From assembly GCA_050950285.1 (NCBI GenBank), contig JBMNHG010000008.1:248001-312000 (forward strand): a DNA stretch of 64,000 nt. Direction: 5' to 3'. The notes beneath the pieces are model-generated. The model saw only the letters and a program-made list of their open reading frames with translations. It was not told the DNA's origin and searched no databases. Numbering within the stretch: the stretch's first letter is position 1; each line of letters opens with the position of its first letter. Shown here piece after piece: positions 1-10,986 of this stretch. The stretch is from Kiritimatiellia bacterium. Its GTDB lineage: Bacteria; Verrucomicrobiota; Kiritimatiellia; RFP12; JBMNHG01. The position numbers and the translations under genes were made by a program.

Positions 1-3000
1 CGGCTGCTTCAACTCCAACGCGTATGTGGGGGATCCTGTCTGTCCGCTTGGCGACTTTGACGGCGACGGCGTTCCCGATGTTCTGCTCGGCGCATCGGGT
101 CTGACCGATGACAACGGTTCTGCGAGCGGCGGCGCGGTGATCCTGCTGCTTGAAACCAACGGGACGGTGAAGGCCGATGGCGTGATCAAGCTGGCCAATA
201 TTGCTTCGGGCACGTCAATGATAAGCGACACGGAAATGGCTTATGATATCACGGGGTTTGTCAGAGTAGCCGGCGATGTCGATGGTGACGGCGTTACCGA
301 TATCCTGCTTGGCGGCATATACGCAATCGTCGACCTCGATATTGGCTGGCTGACGGGATACTACGGGACCATGCGCCTGCTGCTGCTGAATCCCGACGGC
401 ACCGTCAAGGCGGTCACGCTCATGACAAACGGCAAAGGCGGCATGCCCGAGCCCGCGACTCCCGATGGCTCGGTCGTGTCTCATAGCAGCGCTGTGGCGG
501 GCGACATCAACGGGGACGGGATTCCCGATTATGTGTCTCTTACAGGCTTTAACTTGTTCAACCCAGAGGAATGCTTCGCATCTCTTTCGACCGTCATGCT
601 GGGGCTCGTGCCGATGTCCGAGGCCGAGCAGGAGATCGCCTTCGGCGGCCCGGCCACGATCGTGCGCAGGCTTCAGGCCGGCGACGACATCGTGGCGTGG
701 GACAAGCTGGCGCTCGTGGCGGATCTCCCCGCCGGCGCGTCGATCGCCTGCTCCATCGGACGCCTCGTGGACGGCAACCCCGTTTACGACCTCGGCCCCG
801 CCTTCACGGACATCCCGTATCCACTCCCCCAGAGCGGGCTGGACATCTCGGCCATACCGGCTGGGAACAGGGATCTCTTCGTGAAGATGGCCTACACCGG
901 CACCGAGCCGCTGACGGTGGACCATCTCTCGCTCTCCTACGCGGCATCCGACACGTGGCCGTCGTTCACCTTCACGGTGCTCGTGGACGATCCGGTCGCC
1001 GCCTGCGTGCTTCCGGACATCAACAACACCGTCACGATCAGCACCTCCACGCCCGAGAGCGACATCAGCAACAATACGGCCGAGGCCGACATCATGGTCA
1101 AAACCCTCGACCTCGAGGTGGCGAAGACCGCCGACGCGGTTGCGGTCGTGACGAACGATCTGGTGACGTTCACCCTCGCATGGCGCAACAACGGCCCGTC
1201 GCCCGCCGTCAACGCCGTGCTCGAGGATGTCCTGCCGGCCGGCCTGACCTTCGTGTCGTCCGAACCGCCGTACGACGCGGCGACCAACAACGTCTATTCC
1301 TGGAACCTCGGCGATGTCGCGGCCGGCGCCAGCGGCGTCGTCACCGTCGTCGCGCGCGTCGAGGCCGGCACCGAGGGCCGCACGCTCGTCAACGTCGCGC
1401 GCATCGGCAACGACCGCCAGGAGAGCGACTACACCAACAACGACGACTCCGTTCCGGTGGTCGTGAAGCCGCTCGCCAACGTCTGGATCCGGAAGTCCGG
1501 CCCCGCCACCGTTCGCCTCGGCGGCACGGCCGTCCATACCCTCGCCTACGGCAACAACGGCAACGCCGCCGCCGCGAACGTGGTGATCGCCGACACGCTG
1601 CCCGCCGGCATGACCTACGTCGGCGCCGTTCCGTCTGCCGCGATGACTTCGGACAATCCCAAGACCTGGTTTATCGGCACCCTTGCGGCCGGCGCCACCG
1701 GTACCGTCACCGTCACGGTCAGCGTGGACAACGACTTCGCCCTCTGCGGCACGCCGCTCGTCAACCAGGCCGAAATCACCACCGACGTCGGACCGAGGTG
1801 ACGCTCTCCGACAACACGGACGACCATTCCGTCGATCCCGTTGTCGTGCCCGCCTCGATCGGCGGCACCGTGTGGCACGACGCGAACCGCAACGCCACGA
1901 ACGACCTCGGCGAGGCGGGCATCGAGTCCGTGCGGATCGACCTCTACGAGGACGTGCCAACGGGAACGGCATCCTCGATGCCGGCGATGAATGGCTGGAC
2001 TTCCGTGAAACCGATGAAAACGGCGCCTACCTCTTCAGCGGGCTGACGCCCGGCGAAGTACATCGTGGCCGAGACCGACCCGTTCGGCTATGAGAGCACG
2101 GGCGACGTGGCCGGGGAGAACGACAACCGGATCCCCGTGACGGTCCGCGGGCCGGCGACAAGGTGACGGAGCGCGACTTCTACGACGTCCCGGTTGCCGG
2201 CGCGCCTCTACGGCTACGCCTACCAGGATGCGGATCTGAGCCTGACGCGCAACGCCGGCGACGGCGTGTGCTCGGGCATGGTCGTGCAGGTCTGGCTGCA
2301 TGGGATGCTGGTCGCCTCGACCAATGCCGCCGACGACGGATACTACGAGTTCCAGCGGGCTCGAACCGGGAACCTACCAGGTGCGCTTTATCTGCGACAC
2401 CACGGCCCTGACCGCCATCGCCTGCGGAAGGTTCCGCCGCCGCCAGGAACGAGGAACGCAACCGCGCCGTGGCGGCCGGAACCGGCTACGGCTCCGTGAT
2501 CTACGATCTCTATGCGGGCCACGGCATCGGCGACGACCCCGGCGAGCCGGTCAACGCCGGCTTCACGGGCACGGGCCCACGAGTTCGGGCATCGACCTCC
2601 AGGCCTTCCAGGGCGCGGACGGGGTCTATGTCGAGTTCGTGGCCCACGACGTCGAGGAGGACGGCGAAATCACGCTCTTCCTGATCGGGCCGGACGGCAG
2701 GCCGCTCTGGCACGGCTCCTGCGAGGTCGGGGCCGGCGGCGATTTCATCTGCCGCTTCCGCGTGCCCGGACTGCGAGGCCGGCGGCAGATACCACTTCAT
2801 GGTGCAGGACGAGGTGGGCCAGTTCTGGGAGGCCTACGGTGTCGAGGTGAAGCCCTTCGCCGCCGAGATGATCCGCATGTCGCTGGCGGGCGTGACGCTG
2901 AGCTTCGAGAGCCTGCCCGAGCGCGAGTACGCGATCCAGTGGACGCCGCGCCTCGGCGATCCCTGGCAGACGGTGGCGACCGTCTTCTCCGAGGGCCGGC

Positions 3001-3072
3001 ACACGACGGTCGTCGTGCCGCACCCCGACCGCAGCGTCGCCCAGCGGCTTCTTCCGCATCGTCCTGCAGTAG
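1..3072 (+). pseudogene. Large surface/secreted protein (FG-GAP repeats, DUF11 repeats, SdrD-B-like domain), 5' end outside window; multiply frameshifted after ~1790
   Basis: ORF 26-1801 has GDFDGDGVPD/GDVDGDGVTD/GDINGDGIPD repeats and DUF11-like DLEVAKTAD..VTFTLAWRNNGPSPA units; coding sense continues across frames (ASIGGTVWHDANRN, TDENGAYLFSGL, LSFESLPEREYAIQW) to SGFFRIVLQ* at 3072. Confidence 0.75.
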
Positions 3073-3321
3073 GCCTCGGAAGCGCGATCCGACCGATCCG
3101 CCTGATCCGCCCCGGGAGACGAGCGTCGGCTCGTCCGACCACGCTCCCGGTTGCGGCCGCACAAGACACGCACTCGCCCCGTACCCCCGCCCCTGTCACT
3201 GGCCGAATACGTGGACTTGTGCATGGGGTGCACGCCATGCTATTCTTCCCAATAATGCCGACGGCGGTAATGCGCTCGTGCGGGCACGGTTGATTCGGTC
3301 AGGAAAATCGGGACTTGGACT

Positions 3322-6228
3322 ATGATGGGAATGTTTGCACGACAGGTGGGTCTCGGCGATACGCTCAGGGTGGCATGCGCCGTATTGTTGGGCCTTGTGC
3401 TCGCGGCATCGGGCGCCCCCTTGGCCGAACGCGAAGCCCTCGACAGGCTGTCCGTCTGGATGGATGGCCACCCGGTGATGGGCTGCGTGGCGGGAGACGC
3501 CATCGCCTCGACGGTTGCGTTCCCGGAAAGCGGCGGCTCCTACAGCGTCTATGTCGTGGCGTTCTCGCCTGCCGGATATGCCGTGCTCAACAGCGACGAC
3601 CGCCTGCCGCTGGTCGTCGCCTTCAGCGCCTCGTCGGGCGTCAATCTGGCCGACCACCCCGACAACGCCTTCCGCGCCGCCCTGCTGGCCCACGTGGCAA
3701 AGGCGGCGGACGTGCTGGGCGGGATGGACGCCGCGGCCGCGCCGGACCGCTCCTACCGGCGTGCCGCCGACCTCCGTGCGACCGCAGGCACCGAGCAGTA
3801 CGGCCCCTATCTCACGACCACCTGGGACCAGTGCAACCCGTACAACCGGTTGTGCCCGGATGACCCCGGCGGCGACGCTTACTATGGATACCGCGCGCCG
3901 TCGGGATGCACTCCTACCGCCTACGCCCAGGTGCTCTATTACCACCGCTGGCCGCTACGCGGGCAGGGCACGCACAGCTACACCGACAACAGCGGCTCGA
4001 TCACCGGCACGCACAGCGCCGACTTCAAGACGCCCTTCGGCTGGGCGGCCATGCAGACCGCCTACGACCCCTGGACCACGACACCCCAGCCGGGCGACGA
4101 CGAGGTCGCCGACCTCATGTACCGCCTGGGCGTCGCCGCCGACGCCGATTACGAGAGCGACGGCACCGCCTCGAGCATTTCGACGCTGGGCGAGCGCCTC
4201 AATACGCACCTCTTCTATGAGCCTATCGGCTACGCCGGCTCGCAGGCCGCGCTGCTTCCGGAACTCAACGAGAGCCTGCGCGCGGGCTATCCGACCGTCG
4301 TGGCGGTGCCCGGCCACGCGATCGCGGCGGACGGATTGCTGGAAGACGGCGGAAGCGTGTCGTACCACATCAACTACGGCTGGGGCGGCGACAACAACGG
4401 CTGGTGGTCCGCCGACAATGTGGCCGGACAGGCGCTTTCATATGGCTGCACCTCGCTCAAGCCCATGCTGATGGCATTCCCGGCCGAGGCGACGGCGCAG
4501 GCGGTGGCTGGCGAGCCCGCCACCCTCGAGTGGCTGCTGCCGGTCCGCCGCGAGCAGGAGGCCGGACGCATCCTGATCCGGCGGCTGACACCGCAGGACG
4601 GAACGTGGAGTTCCGCCGCCGAGACGCTGGAACACACCGTGTCCAGAGGCTGGCAGCTTAAATCCGGCGGCCGCTCCGGCTCGTGCTGGTTCACCGGACC
4701 GGACGGCTACAGCGCGCTGACGCTAACCGATGTCTTTGTCCCCGACGCCTCGACTGCGCTCACCTTCTGGATGCAATACCGGCTGGGCACGGCGACTTTC
4801 CGGGTCGCGGTCTCCAGCGACGGCGGAGATACCTACACAACCCTGTTCGAGCGGAACAACAACTACTCGCTGAGCTGGCAATCCTACACGGTCGCCCTCG
4901 GCGCGTATGCCGGCAAAGAGGTTCACATCCGGTTTGAGCTGACAAGCGGGTCGTACTATCCGGACACCGGCGGCGTCTGGCTCGACGACCTCGGCGTCAC
5001 CTCCGGCACCTGGCGGCGCTGGATGCCGTTCGCCGAGGACACGACGCTCGCCTCGCGCCGGTATTCCGAGCAACGGACGGTACTGGACACTTGTGCCGAC
5101 TTCTCGATCTTTGAGGTGACGTCCACTTCGACCTACATGGACTGGGTCGTCAGCACCTCCAGCGGTGTGGATCACTGCTTCTACAAGCAGCCGGGTGGTT
5201 ATGGGAACCGCGAATACCATCTGACCACGCGAGCGCCGGTCACCCCCGACACCGGCACACGGCTGCTGATGCGCTGGAAACGCAACCTCGCGAACGACCG
5301 TTTCCGCGTGCTGGTCTCGGCGAACCGCTCGACCTTCACGGAGATCTGGAGCGCGGGTGGCTCTTCGGATTGGACAGAGCAAGCCATCCCGCTCGACGCC
5401 TGCGCCGGGCAGCCGGTCTACTTGCGCCTTGAATACGTGGTCGGCGGTTATTATTCCGACGGCGGGGTCTGGATCGACACCCTCTGGCTGCAGGAGGTCT
5501 CGAACCCGGAACTGGAGGGGCAGCCGGTACACTTCACGACGATAGAGACCCCTCTCGAGATCGGCAGCTACACGCTGGCGTCGGCCGTGGAGGGCACCAA
5601 CACGACATGCCACGCGCTTTCGCCGGCCTTCACCCTGAACGTCGTGCCCTGTTTCGAAACCCGGCTCGAAGCCGGCGGGGGCGTTACGCTGACCGGCTAC
5701 AACGGCGGTGCCGAACGGCTCGAAATCCCGTCGGAGTGGGAGGGCCGGACGGTCACGGGCATCGCATCAAATGCCTTTGCCGGTTCCCCTGTCTTTTCCG
5801 TGATCCTGCCCGCATCGGTCACGTCGCTTGAAACCGGCGCCTTTTCCGATGCCGACGCACTCGAGCGGCTCTTCTTCATGGGCGATGCGCCATCCGCCGC
5901 CGCCAACGCGCTGGCGGACTCTTCGGCGACCATCTACTACCTGCCGGGGAGAGGGGGCTGGTCGGCCAGCCTTGGCGGCCGTCCGGCCCTGCTGTGGAAC
6001 CCCGCGCCGCTCCCCGGCGCCGCGTTCGGCTTCCACGACGGGGTCTTCGGATTCACGCTGGCCGGCACGGCGATGATCCCGGTGCAGGTGCAGGCGGCCA
6101 CCAATCTTAGAGCCGCCGTCTGGTCCTCGGTCACCAACGCCGCGCTCGACGCCACCGGCACGCTCCACGTCCGCGACCCGGAATCTCCGGTCCATACGCG
6201 GCGCTTCTACCGCTTCGTCTGGCCGTGA
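3322..6228 (+). CDS. Secreted C10 (streptopain/SpeB-like) cysteine peptidase with beta-sandwich domains and BspA-type LRR
   Basis: Signal peptide; WDQCNPYN..SGCTPTAYAQVLYYHRWP (catalytic Cys), GHAIAADG (His), YHINYGWGG; C-terminal VTGIASNAF/SVTSLETGAF LRR_5-like repeats. Confidence 0.85.
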   Translation: MMGMFARQVGLGDTLRVACAVLLGLVLAASGAPLAEREALDRLSVWMDGHPVMGCVAGDAIASTVAFPESGGSYSVYVVAFSPAGYAVLNSDDRLPLVVAFSASSGVNLADHPDNAFRAALLAHVAKAADVLGGMDAAAAPDRSYRRAADLRATAGTEQYGPYLTTTWDQCNPYNRLCPDDPGGDAYYGYRAPSGCTPTAYAQVLYYHRWPLRGQGTHSYTDNSGSITGTHSADFKTPFGWAAMQTAYDPWTTTPQPGDDEVADLMYRLGVAADADYESDGTASSISTLGERLNTHLFYEPIGYAGSQAALLPELNESLRAGYPTVVAVPGHAIAADGLLEDGGSVSYHINYGWGGDNNGWWSADNVAGQALSYGCTSLKPMLMAFPAEATAQAVAGEPATLEWLLPVRREQEAGRILIRRLTPQDGTWSSAAETLEHTVSRGWQLKSGGRSGSCWFTGPDGYSALTLTDVFVPDASTALTFWMQYRLGTATFRVAVSSDGGDTYTTLFERNNNYSLSWQSYTVALGAYAGKEVHIRFELTSGSYYPDTGGVWLDDLGVTSGTWRRWMPFAEDTTLASRRYSEQRTVLDTCADFSIFEVTSTSTYMDWVVSTSSGVDHCFYKQPGGYGNREYHLTTRAPVTPDTGTRLLMRWKRNLANDRFRVLVSANRSTFTEIWSAGGSSDWTEQAIPLDACAGQPVYLRLEYVVGGYYSDGGVWIDTLWLQEVSNPELEGQPVHFTTIETPLEIGSYTLASAVEGTNTTCHALSPAFTLNVVPCFETRLEAGGGVTLTGYNGGAERLEIPSEWEGRTVTGIASNAFAGSPVFSVILPASVTSLETGAFSDADALERLFFMGDAPSAAANALADSSATIYYLPGRGGWSASLGGRPALLWNPAPLPGAAFGFHDGVFGFTLAGTAMIPVQVQAATNLRAAVWSSVTNAALDATGTLHVRDPESPVHTRRFYRFVWP

Positions 6229-6291
6229 GGGCGGGTGGCAGGCAGGATTCAGGGGAAGTCGGATCGGGCAGAGGGGAGGACAGCGGCAGGG

Positions 6292-9200
6292 ATGCACGAG
6301 ATCGAGACGCCGCGCCTCTGCATTCGCAAGACGGGAACAAAAAATGGCGTCGCCAAGGACGCCGTTTTCTGGGAGATGCGTCTCAAGGCGGGTGGCGAGG
6401 TGGTCGGGCGATGCCGTCTGGCCTGGCTATCGGGCGATGGGAAGCGGGTTGTCGAAGTAGGTTGGTCGCTCACGGCGGAATGCCAGCACAAGGGATATGC
6501 CGCGGAGGCCGTGAAGGGGTGTCTGGACTCCGTCTTTGAAAAATTGGCGGTCGAGAAGGTTATTGCGACAATCGACGGGACGAATGTCGCCGCGATGAAC
6601 GTCGCCATCCGGTGCGGCATGACCATTGAGCGGCTTCTGCAAGGGGATGGATCGGATGCGAAGACGCCCCGGTATGTGTTTGCGGCTCGGAATCCGAATG
6701 CAGCGCGTCGATCCGCTTGTCCTGCCGTGGCACCGGCCGTTGAATTGCCTGCAGCGCAAGTGGATTCTGCCACCGATGTGCTTGCCGGGGGTGGTTCGCA
6801 GACGGCAGAGCTTGAGCCGTCCGGCGGCATCAACAAATACAGTCCGCCGGATGCGAAGATTGCGTTGTTCATGTCGCTGTTCGGGGGGCGTCCGGATATG
6901 TATGCGCTGCGTCGCTATTCGCGTCGGCACGACAACGCCTACTACATGTCGGCGTGCCGCAACGAGTACGTGCCCGGGATTTGCGGGAAGCCGAAGCAGA
7001 AGTGCGGGGCGTGCAAGAATCGCGACTTCCTGCCGTTTGATGCCGAGGCCGTTCGCGCGCATCTGATGAACCAGGATGAAAACGGGCATGGGATCATTGG
7101 CGTCTATCCGTTGCTGGCGGACGAGACGTGCCGCTTTCTTGCGCTGGACTTCGACGGCGATGGCTGGATGAAGGACGTGGCTGCGGTGCGCACCGTGTGC
7201 GACGCGGTCGGGATGCCTTGCGTTGTGGAACGTTCGCGTTCGGGAAAGGGTGCGCATCTGTGGTTTTTCTTCGAGCGTCCGATTCCGGCCGCGACGGCGC
7301 GGCGTCTGGGGTCGCTGCTCGTCACCCAGGCGATGGCGCGGCGTCATGAAATCCGCTTTGCGTCCTACGACCGCATGTTTCCCAACCAGGACACGCTGCC
7401 CAAGGGCGGATTTGGGAACTTGATTGCGCTGCCGTTGCAAGGCGGCGCGCGCAGGAAGGGGAACAGCGTCTTTGTCGATGCCGATTTCGAGCCGCATCCC
7501 GATCCGTGGGCGTTTTTGTCGGGTGTCGAAAGGCTCTCGCCCGAGCGCGTGGAGGCGTTGTCGAAAGCGCTCGACACCGAGGGCGAACTGGGGGCGATGG
7601 AGGGCGCGCCGGCAGACGAGGCGGACGCGCCGTGGCTGGCGTGGCGTCCGCCGCCGAATTTGAGTCGCGACGATTTCCCCGACGTGTTCCGCTGTGTCGA
7701 AGGCAACCGGCTTTTCGTTCAGAAGCGCGGGTTGAGCCAGCGGGCGATGAACCGGATTCGGCGGCTGGCCGCGTTTCCGAATCCGGCGTTCCATGCGAAG
7801 CAGCGCATGCGGATGTCCACGTTCGGCGTTCCGAGGGTCGTTTGCGTTGCCGACGAGACGGAGCGGTGGATTGCCTTGCCGCGCGGGACGAGGCCGGCGC
7901 TGGAGGCGCTTGCCGAGGGGGCGGGGGTCGAGCCGTCGTTCGAGGATCAGCGCGAGACGGGGCAGCCGCTGGCCGTCCGTTTCACGGGCAAGCTGCGTAT
8001 GGACCAGGCTTTCGCGGTCGATGCGCTGGCGTCGGAGGACGATGGCGTGCTGGCGGCCGCCACCGCGTTCGGGAAGACGGTGGCCGCGATCGCGCTGATC
8101 GCCCGGCTTGGGCGTTCCACGCTCGTCCTGGTGCATACGCTGACGCTTCTGGCGCAATGGAAGCGGGCGCTGGCGCGGTTCCTGGTCGACGAGGCGAGCG
8201 GCGGGGCGGTCGAGGTCGGCCAGCTTGGGGGCGGCGTCAACACGCTCAACGGCCGGCTCGACATCGCGAGCGTGCAGAGCCTGGGGAACGAGGCTTTCGT
8301 GCAAACGGGCGGCGCCCGGGGGTATGGCGTGGTGGTCGTCGATGAATGCCATCACGTCCCGGCGCTGACGATCGCCCGGGCGCTGGGCGAGATGGATGCG
8401 CGGCGGATCTACGGGCTGACGGCGACGCCGATCCGCAAGGACGGGTTGCAGCCGCTGATCTTCATGCACTGCGGGCCGATCCGGTACCGGGCGGAGAGTC
8501 GGAGCCAGGCGGGGCAGGGGGGCGCACGGGTGATCCTACCGCGAATGACGCGGTTCAAGAAGTACATGGAGGTCGACGAAGAGGCGCCGGGGGCGTTGAC
8601 GCAAATCCTCCGCGACATGGTGGAGGACGAGGAGCGCAACCGGCTGGTTGTCGCCGATGCGGTCAAGGCGCTGGGGGAGGGGCGTTCGCCGTTGGTTCTC
8701 ACCCAGCGCACCGAGCATGTGGGCGTTTTGGCCGGGATGCTGCGTCGGGAGGTGGACGCGAAGGTGTTCGAGCTTGTCGGCAGCGCGACGGCCAAGACGA
8801 AGCGGGAGCGTACGGCCGAGATCGCGGCGGTGGGCGATGGCGAGCCGATGGTGGTCGTCGCGACCGGACAGTACGTCGGCGAGGGGTTCGACTTGCCTCG
8901 GCTTGATACGCTGCTGCTGGCGATGCCGGTGTCGTGGCGCGGGCTGGTTGCGCAGTATGCGGGGCGTCTGCACCGCGAACATCCGGGCAAGCGCGCGCCG
9001 ATGATCTACGATTACGTGGACGTCCATGTCGGCGTTCTGGAGCGGATGCACCAGCGGCGTCTGAAGGCCTACGCTCAGATCGGCTACTGCACGGCGCCGG
9101 CGGAAGGGGAGATCACGGGCGGCAACGTGATTTTCGACACCGGCACGTTCGCGAGCGTCATGCGTCGGGACTTCCAGGCGGCTCGGGAGCGCATTTTGAT

Positions 9201-9537
9201 CGTCAGCCCGTTCATCCGCAGGCGGCGCGCCGATGCCGTTTTCGGCTGGCTTCAGCCTGCGCTGGCGCGTGGGGTGTCCATTGAGATCGTGACCCGGCCG
9301 CCGGGCGGCTATCGGCCGGAGGCGGTTCGTGGAATTGCGGATTGCATTGAGAACCTGCGCCAGGCGGGGGTTGTGGTGACGGAGCGTGCGCAGATCCACC
9401 AGAAGTTCGTGGTCGTCGACGGCCGGCTCGTCTGGTACGGCAGCTTGAATTTGCTCAGTTATGGCACTTCGGAGGAGAGCCTGATGCGCCTGAGTTCCCG
9501 CGACGTTGCGGGCGAGCTCGAGGCATCGCTGAAATGA
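6292..9537 (+). CDS. GNAT + TOTE-type AEP primase-like + SF2 (DExH) helicase + PLD-like nuclease fusion
   Basis: EVGWSL..QHKGYAAEA (RimJ/L GNAT); ALDFD, ERSRSGKGAHLW, GFGNLIALPLQG (AEP); TAFGKT, DECHH, TAT, QYAGRLHR; HQKFVVVD..GSLN (HKD). Confidence 0.8.
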   Translation: MHEIETPRLCIRKTGTKNGVAKDAVFWEMRLKAGGEVVGRCRLAWLSGDGKRVVEVGWSLTAECQHKGYAAEAVKGCLDSVFEKLAVEKVIATIDGTNVAAMNVAIRCGMTIERLLQGDGSDAKTPRYVFAARNPNAARRSACPAVAPAVELPAAQVDSATDVLAGGGSQTAELEPSGGINKYSPPDAKIALFMSLFGGRPDMYALRRYSRRHDNAYYMSACRNEYVPGICGKPKQKCGACKNRDFLPFDAEAVRAHLMNQDENGHGIIGVYPLLADETCRFLALDFDGDGWMKDVAAVRTVCDAVGMPCVVERSRSGKGAHLWFFFERPIPAATARRLGSLLVTQAMARRHEIRFASYDRMFPNQDTLPKGGFGNLIALPLQGGARRKGNSVFVDADFEPHPDPWAFLSGVERLSPERVEALSKALDTEGELGAMEGAPADEADAPWLAWRPPPNLSRDDFPDVFRCVEGNRLFVQKRGLSQRAMNRIRRLAAFPNPAFHAKQRMRMSTFGVPRVVCVADETERWIALPRGTRPALEALAEGAGVEPSFEDQRETGQPLAVRFTGKLRMDQAFAVDALASEDDGVLAAATAFGKTVAAIALIARLGRSTLVLVHTLTLLAQWKRALARFLVDEASGGAVEVGQLGGGVNTLNGRLDIASVQSLGNEAFVQTGGARGYGVVVVDECHHVPALTIARALGEMDARRIYGLTATPIRKDGLQPLIFMHCGPIRYRAESRSQAGQGGARVILPRMTRFKKYMEVDEEAPGALTQILRDMVEDEERNRLVVADAVKALGEGRSPLVLTQRTEHVGVLAGMLRREVDAKVFELVGSATAKTKRERTAEIAAVGDGEPMVVVATGQYVGEGFDLPRLDTLLLAMPVSWRGLVAQYAGRLHREHPGKRAPMIYDYVDVHVGVLERMHQRRLKAYAQIGYCTAPAEGEITGGNVIFDTGTFASVMRRDFQAARERILIVSPFIRRRRADAVFGWLQPALARGVSIEIVTRPPGGYRPEAVRGIADCIENLRQAGVVVTERAQIHQKFVVVDGRLVWYGSLNLLSYGTSEESLMRLSSRDVAGELEASLK

Positions 9538-9694
9538 CCCACTTCCTTGTTTTCAGTTCCGGTTTCCCGGCTTTGTGGGAATGCCGTTAGGAGGTTGTTC
9601 GAATTTCGCAAGGGGCGTCAGGCGTGTCGCGCGATACGCCTGCTTTCAGGCGCCCCTTGTTTCCCCGCCCCTGGCTTTGCTATCCTGGATCCCC

Positions 9695-10969
9695 ATGAAT
9701 CCGGACACGAATGCGCCGGCGGTTTCGCCGACGGCCGCCGCGCCGCGCGGCATGAGGCCCCACATCGGCCTTTTCGGGCGTCGCAACGTCGGGAAATCCT
9801 CGCTGTACAACCGCCTGCTCCGCCAGGATGCCGCGATTGTCTCCGACGAGGCGGGCACCACCACCGATCCCGTCGAGCGCATGGCCGAGCTGCATGGCGT
9901 GGGCGCCGTGCAAGTGATTGACACCGCGGGGATCGACGACGTCGGCGCATTGGGCGAAGCCCGTGTAGAGCGCACACGCCGGACGATTGGCCGCGTGGAT
10001 GTGGCGCTGCTGGTCGTGGACGCCTGGGAGGAGTTCGAACGCGACCTCCTGGGCCGGTTCCGCGATCGCGGGACGCCGGTGGTGGTCGTCTGCACCAAGG
10101 CGGACGTCCGCGCCAACCGCCGGCTCGAGGACGCCGCGCTGGCGGACGGCGCCCCGTCGATCGTCCGCTTCAGCGCCCTCTCCGGGGAAGGGTTCGACGA
10201 GGTGCTACAGGCGATTTCTGCCGCGTTGGGCCCGTCGCAGGCGGCGGGGGCTCCTCCTGCGCTCGCCGGAGACCTCGTGCCGCCCGGGGGCGTGGCGGTG
10301 CTGGTGACCCCCATCGACCAAGGGGCCCCGCAAGGCCGGCTCATCCTTCCGCAGGTGCAGACGATCCGGGATCTGCTTGACCATGGATGCCTGCCCCTGG
10401 TGGTGCGCGACACCGAATTGGCGGATGCGTTGGCGTCGCTGCGTGCGCCCCCTGCCATGGTCATCACCGACAGCCAGGCCTTCCGGCGCGTCGCCGCCTG
10501 TGTGCCCGGGACGATTCCCCTCACCTCCTTCTCGATCCTCTTCGCGAGGCTCAAGGGCGATTTGGCTTTGTTGGCGGCGGGGGCGGCGCGCATCGAGAGG
10601 TTGCGTCCGGGCGACCGCATACTCATCGCCGAAGCGTGCACGCACCACCCGATCCAGGACGACATCGGCACCGTGAAGATCCCGCGTCTCCTCGAGGGGA
10701 AGGCGGGCGGGGCGCTTTGCATCCATCATGCGGCGGGCCGTGATTTCCCGGAAGACGCGTCGAGCTTCGACCTGGTGGTCCACTGCGGTTCCTGCATGCT
10801 GAACCGGACGGAGACCCTGTCCCGCCTGGGCAAGGCGGCCGCGTCGGGAGTGCCCGTCACCAACTACGGCATGGCGATCGCGGCGTGCCTGGGGATCCTC
10901 GACCGTGCGCTGGCGCCGTTCCCGGAAGCCCGCGAGGCCTGGCTCCGGGCGAAGGAAGAGCGGGCCTGA
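9695..10969 (+). CDS. hydF: [FeFe]-hydrogenase H-cluster maturation GTPase
   Basis: GRRNVGKSS, AGTTTDPV, DTAG, PQGRLILPQVQ, EACTHH..EDIG-like, HCGSCM, TNYG. Confidence 0.93.
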   Translation: MNPDTNAPAVSPTAAAPRGMRPHIGLFGRRNVGKSSLYNRLLRQDAAIVSDEAGTTTDPVERMAELHGVGAVQVIDTAGIDDVGALGEARVERTRRTIGRVDVALLVVDAWEEFERDLLGRFRDRGTPVVVVCTKADVRANRRLEDAALADGAPSIVRFSALSGEGFDEVLQAISAALGPSQAAGAPPALAGDLVPPGGVAVLVTPIDQGAPQGRLILPQVQTIRDLLDHGCLPLVVRDTELADALASLRAPPAMVITDSQAFRRVAACVPGTIPLTSFSILFARLKGDLALLAAGAARIERLRPGDRILIAEACTHHPIQDDIGTVKIPRLLEGKAGGALCIHHAAGRDFPEDASSFDLVVHCGSCMLNRTETLSRLGKAAASGVPVTNYGMAIAACLGILDRALAPFPEAREAWLRAKEERA

Positions 10970-10986
10970 CGGGCCCCGCGCCCGGC

